Virus record (IMG/VR): IMGVR_UViG_3300034630_000009
Span: 8,211 to 72,210 of that record
DNA: 64,000 nt
Reading direction: 5' to 3' (one strand)
Source of the DNA: a virus
The notes under the pieces are model-generated. The model had not been told where the DNA came from, did no database searches, and saw nothing but the letters and a program-made list of their open reading frames with translations. Shown here in pieces: positions 20,987 through 28,799 of the stretch. A program made the translations under genes and the position numbers. The stretch's first letter is position 1, and every line of letters begins with the position of its first letter.

Positions 20987-21020
20987 CGTGCAGACTTCCA
21001 GAGAGTCGTAACAAGCAAAA

Positions 21021-21251
21021 CTAGAGATTGAGTGTTGACTCAGTTGTCACAGGTGTTTCTACTGGTGGCGCTGGCGTTAGTTCCGGTGCTGGCAGAATGC
21101 CCGTGAGCTTCACAATGAGCGCGTTCACCCTGTCCGTTTCAGGAGTCAGGTCAACCGTAGTCACCTGCCCAATTTTGGCATTCAGGTCAGCGATCGCCGT
21201 TTGCAATTCAGGCACCAGCACCACCACTTGATCAATTAGAGTTGTCATCAT
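21021..21251 (-). CDS. Small coiled-coil protein
   Basis: ATG at 21251 with GGAGAG RBS. Confidence 0.55.
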   Translation of the reverse strand: MMTTLIDQVVVLVPELQTAIADLNAKIGQVTTVDLTPETDRVNALIVKLTGILPAPELTPAPPVETPVTTESTLNL

Positions 21252-21333
21252 TTGCTCTCCAATAATCTGAGAATTTTGGGAAGGCTCTGAGGGAGGAGCG
21301 CGATCGCCTCCAAGCGATCGCTGCTGTGCATGA

Positions 21334-22023
21334 CTAAGATTCCTCACCCAAAAGCGAGCGCCCTTCTAATTGCAGTACTTCTGGCAGTACATTCAACCCC
21401 AGTACACGGCGCACAAACGCTTTAAGCTGATCCTCCAAGCTGATGGCTTGCAATTCAGGCTTCAGCAAATGCGTTTCGCCAGTGGATGTCGCGATCGTCA
21501 CAATATCACCCTTAATCGCTTTAACAGTGACGGGTTGCCCAAAAAGTGCATGGTTAGGGTTGCAGACGATCGCGGGTTGATTTGCTGCCAAGTCGCTGCG
21601 AGAACGGCGATCGACAACAGCTTTCACCACTGCTGCTGTGGGCTTACCACCTGCTGCTGCTACTGCTTCTGCCCAAGCTTCCCGTTGTTCTTCAGGTGCA
21701 AGGTTGGCTTTAGCGATCGGGCGTAATTGTGCTTCTGACTCTGGCAAGATGCCGACAATTGTCGGCATCTCAAGCATCAGGTTGGCATACACCTCCCCTG
21801 CTTTCATCAACATGTACGCATAGTCTCTGGAAAGGTTTAAGTCCGTTTGACAAAATTCTTCAAACGAATCGTATTCTTCACGGTAGAGGCGTTCTCCCCG
21901 AATAATTTGAAGCGCCTGTACGCCGTCCCAAAAGCCCTGCATCCCTTTGCGAAAGCGCTCTTTGAGGATGCCGTATTCCACACGTTGGTTTTCTGAAAGC
22001 CTGGTCAAGCGGGAAGAGGGCAT
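21334..22023 (-). CDS. Putative DNA-binding protein (ALQIIR..RLYRE.Y.SFEEFC family) with KOW-like tail
   Basis: Motif recognition; ATG at 22023 lies downstream of a GGGAAC element. Confidence 0.6.
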   Translation of the reverse strand: MPSSRLTRLSENQRVEYGILKERFRKGMQGFWDGVQALQIIRGERLYREEYDSFEEFCQTDLNLSRDYAYMLMKAGEVYANLMLEMPTIVGILPESEAQLRPIAKANLAPEEQREAWAEAVAAAGGKPTAAVVKAVVDRRSRSDLAANQPAIVCNPNHALFGQPVTVKAIKGDIVTIATSTGETHLLKPELQAISLEDQLKAFVRRVLGLNVLPEVLQLEGRSLLGEES

Positions 22024-22051
22024 AGCAGTATAGTTGCAGTACACGTCAACA

Positions 22052-22567
22052 CTACGGTTCCCTACCCGACTCTGCCAACTCGGTCAGGCTAACTACCCGT
22101 TTCTTGACTGCCAGCACAATAAACTCCCAGTCATCCTTGGGAGCGCCTGGGGCAGACTTCAGAATGGCGGCAATCTCCGCTAAAGATCGCTCAACCCCAA
22201 GTGCCGCTAACCTCTTTTGGTCGCGCTCCACACGTTGATAGAATTCAATTAAGCGCCGCGGTGTTTTGATGGCATCCCAGCGATCGCGCAAATGATGTCC
22301 GATCTCACCCGTGATATAAGGCACAGCGAAAGAGCTAAAAGCTGTACCGCGTTGCGGGTCAAACTTACGGATGGCTTTAAGCAAGCCCAATGAAGCAATT
22401 TGCTCTAAATCTTCATAAGGTTCTAAACACTGATGGCTATACTGGTGCGCGTATTTTCGTGCCAGGTTGCGGTGCTGTGCAAAAAACCTACTCTCTGCAC
22501 GTTGTTGTAACCTGTAACGCGCCACAATGCTGGAGGACGATAACCGTGTAGGAGCAGTACAAACCAT
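22052..22567 (-). CDS. Phage sigma-70 factor, SigF/SigB-like, lacking region 4
   Basis: YEDLEQIASLGLLKAIRKFDP..G.AFSSFAVPYITGEI.HHLRD (region 2); ends just after the region-3 SL motif. Confidence 0.88.
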   Translation of the reverse strand: MVCTAPTRLSSSSIVARYRLQQRAESRFFAQHRNLARKYAHQYSHQCLEPYEDLEQIASLGLLKAIRKFDPQRGTAFSSFAVPYITGEIGHHLRDRWDAIKTPRRLIEFYQRVERDQKRLAALGVERSLAEIAAILKSAPGAPKDDWEFIVLAVKKRVVSLTELAESGREP

Positions 22568-22767
22568 AGTGTCAGACGCTTCAGGATGGTTCTATTAAGC
22601 CCTAAAGTGAGCGCGATCGCCACTTTTGGAAGGGAACGTTAACACCGTACTACTGCACCTGAAAGTCATGTCCACCAAACCATCGATCAGCGCTGGGGTG
22701 AACTGACAGGGAGTGTTGCAGCAGGGACGATCGCCCCGTTCACCTTTAATGCGTTTGAATCGAACTA

Positions 22768-23973
22768 ATGCTGACCCGCAAAGAGTTGCACGAGCAGGTA
22801 CGTCGGGATCAGCGCGATCGGCAAACTGCTCCTGATGACCAAAGCCACAAAAGCGCGATCGTGGGCATGGGTAAACGCGACCCGCAGACGGGACAGCATG
22901 AGGTGCTGTTGCCTGATGGCTCGGTTGAGGTGGGGGAGAAAGTCTTCAGCAGCAGCCTGCCAGAAGGGAGTCAGGTGCTAGGGATTCTTCAAGAGGCTGG
23001 TGGGTGGTTGCTGGACGAACGGGATGTCACGGCAAGAATTTCGTCTGCGGCAGAGGAACCGGTTGGGAAGATCAAATATCTCTATTCAATCATCAACTCA
23101 ACCACAAGGAAAACTGAGTATTGGGTAGGAGGCTGGCAAGCGCAGCCTAAATTTTTATTCGTGGTGCAAGATTTTATCCCGCTAACCCCCTTCCCTAGCT
23201 TCAATATTCGCTTATCCAACCGTGCTAAAAGCGCTTATACGGTTGATCTGGGCAAGGTGACCGGAAGCGGGTTGCTCATACCAGGCTTTCCACCAGGGTC
23301 AAACAAAGCGGGTTATTTCGTCACTCTGGATCAAAACGGTTCTGTCGTGTATCAAAGCCGCACGTTAGTAGGCGATCGAGAAAACTTTTTCTCCATTGGT
23401 CTCGTTTCCAATAGTTTTTACTACGCTCCTATCAACGATGCCAGCAGTATCCTGACTGGCAGTTGGACAACGTGCTTTCAAGGTATAGCCACAAGCGGTT
23501 ATGGTGCTGATATTACTAATGTCCGGCAATACCATTTACCTGCCTTTATTAGTCTCAATCCTGCCAGTATCTATCGCGGTGATGCGCCTGATGGAACAAG
23601 TTTGGTGTATCAAACTTTTGCCATTAATAAAACTGGAAATTGCGGCGTTGGCAGACTCGCGGCAACGCCATACAGCAGCAGCCAACTTTATTGGCTTGAA
23701 GTCGGTATGCTAGGCGCAGCGCAGAGCTTGACTTTCTTGCCATTACAAACCGGAGCTTTAAGAGCGCAATATCGCATTGACTGCTTTGATCGAATTTTCA
23801 GTGTTTTTAGCCGCACAGATCTGGATTTGGCTAAACAAAAAACAGTGGCGATCGACTTTTACAAGGGGTTAACAGGTGAAAAAACGAACACAAAGAAAAC
23901 GAAAGTTTATCCAATACCACTGAAACAACGATCGCTCTCCCCGATTATCATTGACGCTTCTTATCATCCTTAA
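22768..23973 (+). CDS. Putative tail fibre/receptor-binding protein
   Basis: GKRDPQTG N-terminal module, then an AT-richer beta-rich C-terminal part. Confidence 0.45.
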   Translation: MLTRKELHEQVRRDQRDRQTAPDDQSHKSAIVGMGKRDPQTGQHEVLLPDGSVEVGEKVFSSSLPEGSQVLGILQEAGGWLLDERDVTARISSAAEEPVGKIKYLYSIINSTTRKTEYWVGGWQAQPKFLFVVQDFIPLTPFPSFNIRLSNRAKSAYTVDLGKVTGSGLLIPGFPPGSNKAGYFVTLDQNGSVVYQSRTLVGDRENFFSIGLVSNSFYYAPINDASSILTGSWTTCFQGIATSGYGADITNVRQYHLPAFISLNPASIYRGDAPDGTSLVYQTFAINKTGNCGVGRLAATPYSSSQLYWLEVGMLGAAQSLTFLPLQTGALRAQYRIDCFDRIFSVFSRTDLDLAKQKTVAIDFYKGLTGEKTNTKKTKVYPIPLKQRSLSPIIIDASYHP

Positions 23974-23981
23974 TTGTAAGC

Positions 23982-24010
23982 ATACCCCGGTCTGAAGACG
24001 CGGGGTTTCC
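23982..24010. mobile_element. Possible IS200/IS605-family end remnant (ACCCCG GTC TGAA GAC GCGGGGT)
   Basis: Hairpin resembles IS605/IscB-type subterminal palindromes; no transposase. Confidence 0.4.
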
Positions 24011-24030
24011 AAACGTATCAGGTATTTCTG

Positions 24031-24291
24031 ATGACCCGCACCGAACTCACCGCTCAAACCCGTTTCCAACAATCCATGCGCGTTCTCACTCAAGGTAACA
24101 GCTCGTCGCCCTACGGGTTGAGAGCAGTAACGGGCTATCTGGGCAAACGAGATGCTCAGACGGGCGATCGGACTTTCACTGATGCAACAGGTGTAACCAC
24201 CCCTGCCCGTGACTTGAGAACTGGCGCTCAACCCTCAGACCATGAGGCGGCAGGGATTCAAGTTGAAGGCGGCAAGAACTATGTGCGCTAG
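24031..24291 (+). CDS. Small paralog of the N-terminal module of 22768..23973
   Basis: MTRTEL...LGKRDAQTG versus MLTRKEL...MGKRDPQTG. Confidence 0.6.
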   Translation: MTRTELTAQTRFQQSMRVLTQGNSSSPYGLRAVTGYLGKRDAQTGDRTFTDATGVTTPARDLRTGAQPSDHEAAGIQVEGGKNYVR

Positions 24292-24439
24292 AGAGAAGAC
24301 AGCTATACTGGACTGATACAGAAGTTCTATATTGAGTTCTATGTCTGGGGCGATCGAAGTCACTCTTCCCCTTGTGCGAATGCCACGAGGGGTTTTTTAT
24401 GGCTTAATGGAAGCGTCCTGTACCAATGGAGCTAGTACA

Positions 24440-24763
24440 ATGTTTGCAAGACTTAAAGAATTGATTGATGGGATCGTGAGTCGCTTGAAAGCCGCGATCG
24501 CATCCTTAGCAGAGTACCAGGAAGAAAACGTAGCGCTAAAGGCAGAGAACGCTGATCTCAAACAAAGGCTAGCCGATACAGCAGCGCTACCTGCTGAGAC
24601 TGAAGAACGCATTCAAGCCCTGTTGCAAGAGGCGGCAACAGCCAGGGCAGAAGCCGAGACCGCCAAGGCTGATTTAGCAGTGGTGAAGCAGCAGGATGTG
24701 GAAGAAGAGGGGCAAATTCAGGAGTTGATCACCAACCTGGAAGCAGCAACCCCGTCCGCATGA
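24440..24763 (+). CDS. Coiled-coil protein
   Basis: ATG at 24440 with GGAG RBS; heptad pattern. Confidence 0.6.
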   Translation: MFARLKELIDGIVSRLKAAIASLAEYQEENVALKAENADLKQRLADTAALPAETEERIQALLQEAATARAEAETAKADLAVVKQQDVEEEGQIQELITNLEAATPSA

Positions 24764-24789
24764 CGTTACATTAAGCCATGCTCATGTTG

Positions 24790-24819
24790 GGACGCTCAGG
24801 GGGCTGAACGTCCTTTTTT
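24790..24819 (+). terminator. Rho-independent terminator
   Basis: GGACGcTCAG/CTGAaCGTCC stem followed by T6. Confidence 0.7.
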
Positions 24820-24848
24820 GTTGAGAACCACAAACCGTATAACTAAAT

Positions 24849-24964
24849 ACAATTGTCACAAAAGCATTGCCTACACATGCCAAGCGAGACAGACTTTCCT
24901 GTCTTGGCACGGAGATTAAGCCACTTACATCTAAGCCACCAATCAGTGCTTTTGTGACAATTGT
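24849..24964. repeat. Perfect 18-bp inverted repeat enclosing an inner hairpin and 2x TAAGCCAC
   Basis: ACAATTGTCACAAAAGCA (24849-24866) and TGCTTTTGTGACAATTGT (24947-24964). Confidence 0.9.
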
Positions 24965-25081
24965 TTAGAGCTTGATACAAAACAGAAAGGCAAGATCAAA
25001 CGTACTGGGCTAGGATATTCTCAGCAAAACAAAAGGCTCCCGCGCTTGGCAGTTTGGGAGCCTTTTGAAAACCAATTAGCA

Positions 25082-25933
25082 ATGATGTCATTATCTAATA
25101 TTTTCACGCTACCTGCAACCGAAGTGCAGATCGATCCGCCGCTTCTCGAAACCTTTAGAGAAGAAGTTGCTGCGATCGCGCTCCAATGGACAGATAAACG
25201 CTTGATTGCCACAATGGGCTACCTGAACAACCTGCTCTACTGCGCCGCCAAAGCTCAAGGCGTTGTAAGTCGCGGGTTTAGCAAGCTTTTAGAGATTGCC
25301 CAGTCCGCGCTTTTCAGGTTGCGAGAACAAGTCACCGTGACGGTGCCCATTACTTATAGCGAACAGTTCCTGTCGCAACACTGGAGCGGGGGCACCTTCA
25401 GCCGCAGCAGTTTGCGCTCAATTAGAGAGCAACTGTCTACAGTCTTTGGGTTGTTCGAGTACGAGAAGTTAGCGTTTTGTGCGCGTCAGGCAGGCGACCG
25501 AAAACAGCGTTCTACTTACGAGGCCTTTGATGTCGCCAAAGCGTTGCTGGTCTATGAGCAGTTGGAGCGGATCTACTGCGATCGCGGGCTTGAACTGAGC
25601 ACTTTAGGGCGGCATCAGGGTTGTTTCTGCAAACTACTGTACGAGGCAATTTTCATACGCTCGGCTGGGTTTCGTCGCGGTGATCAGTCCGCTGGCAGCA
25701 TCCCACCCACCGCAGAAGAGGCGGCGATTATACGGGCGGAGCGGACCTTAAAGACCAGCATTGATATGCAATCAAGCTACAACGCACACTGCGAGGCTCT
25801 CAAAGAGTATCGGCGTATCGGGATTGATCGCCGCCATCCAGAATTGTTTGAGGCGACTTATCTAAAATGGCAAGAGCTAAAGCATTGGTTAGCCAATCGA
25901 CCGGGCTGGGATTTTGCTGAATTGCCGTACTGA
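25082..25933 (+). CDS. Hypothetical protein with a possible winged-HTH (Rep-like?) domain
   Basis: YSEQFL....FSRSSLRSIREQL...GLF pattern resembles an HTH; start uncertain. Confidence 0.5.
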   Translation: MMSLSNIFTLPATEVQIDPPLLETFREEVAAIALQWTDKRLIATMGYLNNLLYCAAKAQGVVSRGFSKLLEIAQSALFRLREQVTVTVPITYSEQFLSQHWSGGTFSRSSLRSIREQLSTVFGLFEYEKLAFCARQAGDRKQRSTYEAFDVAKALLVYEQLERIYCDRGLELSTLGRHQGCFCKLLYEAIFIRSAGFRRGDQSAGSIPPTAEEAAIIRAERTLKTSIDMQSSYNAHCEALKEYRRIGIDRRHPELFEATYLKWQELKHWLANRPGWDFAELPY

Positions 25934-25990
25934 ACGTGCGCTCAGACGATGGGTAGGGCAGAATATGGGTGTACTACTACTCCCTGAAAG

Positions 25991-26215
25991 ATGCGTCAGT
26001 CGACTCTCGATGTGATTACTACCGTTTCTGGTGTTGGTGCCTCCGCTTCTGGTGCCTTGGCTGGGTTTGGTGTGGCACCGCACGTTACCATCCCGATCGC
26101 GGGTGCCCTGGGCAGCGTCTTTTCCTGGTTCACTCAGAAGCCAGCAACTCCTTACCAACCAATACAAGGCAATTACGCACCCTATCAACCACGTCAAGGG
26201 GGTAGCGATGGCTGA
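25991..26215 (+). CDS. Small membrane protein (holin-like?)
   Basis: Gly/Ala-rich hydrophobic segments. Confidence 0.5.
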   Translation: MRQSTLDVITTVSGVGASASGALAGFGVAPHVTIPIAGALGSVFSWFTQKPATPYQPIQGNYAPYQPRQGGSDG

Positions 26216-26441
26216 TTTATTACCCACAGACACCGATCGCCTCACGCGCCTTGAACAGCAAGTAGCAGCAATCCTAGCAATGCAACAGACCCAGAACGGG
26301 CGACTGGATGTCTTGGAAGTCCAGACGGGCATTACGGGACAGGCTGAGGTTGAACAAATTTTCAACGCGATCGCGGGGGCTGCCGAAGTTGCCAAAGGGA
26401 ACCTACCGGATGGGTTAATTGATGAGGCACCGGGCAAGTGA
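26208..26441 (+). CDS. Small coiled-coil protein
   Basis: MADLLP...RLTRLEQQV; coupled to both neighbours. Confidence 0.55.
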   Translation: MADLLPTDTDRLTRLEQQVAAILAMQQTQNGRLDVLEVQTGITGQAEVEQIFNAIAGAAEVAKGNLPDGLIDEAPGK

Positions 26442-26674
26442 AGCTGAACTTGAGCGATTGGCTGAAAACTGAGACGGTGTTCCACGCGGTAGCGATCGCG
26501 GTGATTCTTCACGCTTTGGTTTATAAGCAGGGTGTTGGCAGTAACGATTTAGCGGCGGCAGCAGCGATCGCGGCTTTGGGCAGGGTGACACCAACCGAGA
26601 AAGTAGATGAAAGGTTGGATATACCCCTGGATGGCAGCAAGAAAGAGCCGGATAGCGAGGATAGCGATGCTTAA
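26438..26674 (+). CDS. Small membrane protein, candidate holin
   Basis: One to two hydrophobic helices and a charged C-terminus. Confidence 0.5.
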   Translation: MKLNLSDWLKTETVFHAVAIAVILHALVYKQGVGSNDLAAAAAIAALGRVTPTEKVDERLDIPLDGSKKEPDSEDSDA

Positions 26675-26855
26675 CCTTCCCCATGCTGAAAACCGAGCCC
26701 CATTTGATTATTGCGAAATTGCCTTGGTGGATCTGATGGTTCAGATGTTTAAAGGCGTGCCAGTGTCAGAACTCAAGTCCATTTCTTTGCAGCGAGCCAG
26801 AAGAGTCTATATGGAAACGAAGCCAACACCTGCGATCGAGTCTAAGCAATCCTGA
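26667..26855 (+). CDS. Hypothetical protein
   Basis: ATG at 26667 overlaps the upstream gene end. Confidence 0.45.
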   Translation: MLNLPHAENRAPFDYCEIALVDLMVQMFKGVPVSELKSISLQRARRVYMETKPTPAIESKQS

Positions 26856-26889
26856 AATTGCCATCCGACTTGGTTTATTAGACGAGCGA

Positions 26890-26960
26890 GAAAACCCCCT
26901 CCTCTTGAGGCGGGGATGAAAGCGAGTCCGATGTTAGAAATCGGACGGAGACGGCTTTGC
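26890..26960. mobile_element. Probable IS200/IS605-family left-end remnant
   Basis: CCCC..CCTC TT GAGG CGGGGATGAAAGCGAGTCCGA...TCGGACGGAG..GGCTTT resembles cyanobacterial IS605 left ends; no tnpA/tnpB. Confidence 0.5.
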
Positions 26961-27007
26961 GGTGGATGCAGGCACAAGGTACGGAGAGGTAGAAGGATGG
27001 GCGATCG

Positions 27008-27607
27008 ATGCTGTGGAAACGAAAACAGAAACCACCGTCAATCCCTAAGTTTGGCGCGATCGCTAAGCCTGTTCTGCCTGTGGTGTATGAAGCCTACGGC
27101 TGCATTGAAACTCTTACTCCTCAACTGGTGCATTGGTTTACCATTGGCAGGCTTTCAAGCGCGACTGGCTATTCGAGACAGGTATCGCCTGGGAAACTAC
27201 TATCACAAAAAATATTGTCAACGGATGGCGATCGTGAAGAAGATCGGTTGCTCTGGCGATCGCTCCTCCAAGGATACCCCACCCACTATTTAAGAATTTC
27301 CTATCAATTAAGTAGTCAACCTCCAGCGCCCGCCAAAGAAATTTTGCATGTGTGGCTTAACCTCAGTATCAGGGGCTATGACAAAGACTCGATCGCGCGA
27401 TCGGTGGGTGAGTTTTTGACGTTTGTGGCACTCGATCAAAAACTGCCTGGGTTGCTCATCAGCACCAAGATTTACACAGCAGAGAGTTGGTTGATCTTTG
27501 TCTTTAGCCGGGTCCGTAGTTTCTACGTTGATGCTGGTATTGTCCAAGAGCGAGTGCCGCTTGACAATGTGCGCGGGTATGGCTTGCGTGGGAGGGAAGA
27601 ACCTTGA
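27008..27607 (+). CDS. Hypothetical protein
   Basis: 199-aa ORF coupled to the pilin gene. Confidence 0.55.
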   Translation: MLWKRKQKPPSIPKFGAIAKPVLPVVYEAYGCIETLTPQLVHWFTIGRLSSATGYSRQVSPGKLLSQKILSTDGDREEDRLLWRSLLQGYPTHYLRISYQLSSQPPAPAKEILHVWLNLSIRGYDKDSIARSVGEFLTFVALDQKLPGLLISTKIYTAESWLIFVFSRVRSFYVDAGIVQERVPLDNVRGYGLRGREEP

Positions 27608-28044
27608 GCGATCGCCGTCAGGGTTTCACGCTGCCAGAGCTGCTGCTTGTTCTCTTTCTCATTGGACTGTTAGCGGCGATCGCTATCCCTACCTACCTCG
27701 CCCAAGCTCAAAAAGCGCGTGACGTGCAAATTCAGACAGATTTGCGATCGGTGGCGATCGACCTGCAAGCCTATGCCGCTCACTATGGCTACCCGCCCGA
27801 TGCACCACCAGGTGCTGAGCCTGCACCTGAAATCAGTTTTCCTGTAGAGCCTGGTCGTGAAGTAGATTACGATCGCGCCTCTGCCAAAGATCCCATCCCC
27901 TGCTACAACGGGCAGCGCTGGGTGAAAATTGTGAGCTATCCCAATAGTGGACGGACAGATGATTATCGCAAGCCAGGGGCGATCGGTGAGTGGACGCACA
28001 CTGGCAAGGATTGGGCACTTACTTTGTGGGTGGGAAAATGTTAA
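27604..28044 (+). CDS. Type IV pilin-like protein (prepilin N-terminal cleavage/methylation domain)
   Basis: RRQG^FTLPELLLVLFLIGLLAAIAIPTY class III signal with Glu+5; two C-terminal-half Cys. Confidence 0.88.
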   Translation: MSDRRQGFTLPELLLVLFLIGLLAAIAIPTYLAQAQKARDVQIQTDLRSVAIDLQAYAAHYGYPPDAPPGAEPAPEISFPVEPGREVDYDRASAKDPIPCYNGQRWVKIVSYPNSGRTDDYRKPGAIGEWTHTGKDWALTLWVGKC

Positions 28045-28135
28045 TCGCGCCAAAATAGTAATACAGGGTGACTACGGTGCTTGTCCCATTCTCAACGCCT
28101 ACTGGCAAACGCCAAATACTTCGACGGAGACCGTA

Positions 28136-28390
28136 ATGCTTTCTAAGCCTGAGTCAATCGCCCACCAAATTCTGCTGCAATACCCGATCGACACAGACCG
28201 CGACCGGCTCAATGCTCTGATTGTGATGGCTGTAAAGAAGCGCGATCGGGAAGTCAATAGCTTACTGCAACAACTTTTAGGCGAGTTGCAAAGTGAGTCC
28301 GGGAAAGCTAAGCGACAACTGGAAGGAGCGATCGCGCTGCTGACCAGGACTAGAGCCGCGATCGAAGAAACGCTGCATCCGAGAGTGTAG
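28136..28390 (+). CDS. Hypothetical protein
   Basis: ATG at 28136 with GGAG RBS. Confidence 0.5.
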   Translation: MLSKPESIAHQILLQYPIDTDRDRLNALIVMAVKKRDREVNSLLQQLLGELQSESGKAKRQLEGAIALLTRTRAAIEETLHPRV

Positions 28391-28396
28391 GTCCGT

Positions 28397-28790
28397 TCAA
28401 AGCCACAAAACAAGGATGAAAATCAAAGCACCCAGCCCGCCACCAAACACATGGTTGCTGGACAGCGATGCACCCAACGCCACAAAGATAGCAGCGACAA
28501 GCAGCATTTTCAGGGAGCAGGGCAAACGTCCCCAATTGTGAGCAAGGCGCTGGGGCAGGTTGGGATAATGTTTTTGCTGGCGAGGGCGCTTCCAGCCTGA
28601 AAGCAACCCATGAATCAGCCAGTCGTGCGCGGCAGGCGATAAGACCAGAACATCCCACCAATAGGTCTCGTGCCCCAGGTTGCGGTAATCGAGATGGTGC
28701 ATGGCGTAATGATGTTTGCGCCCTACTTTTGGGGTGTTTGTCGCGCCATGCTGGAGAAGTGATGTAAGTGCGGTAGTTGGTTTTACTCAA
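28397..28790 (-). pseudogene. Frameshifted HNH-like protein with C-terminal membrane segment
   Basis: NYRTYITSPAWR N-terminus and HHLDYRNLGHE...AH core lie in different frames; break near 28725. Confidence 0.6.
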
Positions 28791-28799
28791 CTGTCTCTC

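Noticed and set aside
22768-23973. DGR target gene
   Set aside because: No template repeat or RT seen in this window
24849-24964. Retron msr/msd
   Set aside because: No reverse transcriptase (no YADD-type context) in the window; kept only as an unexplained inverted repeat
26915-26955. Hammerhead ribozyme (GAGTCCGA..TCGGACG stem)
   Set aside because: Lacks the CUGANGA and GAAA cores; better explained as an IS605-type end
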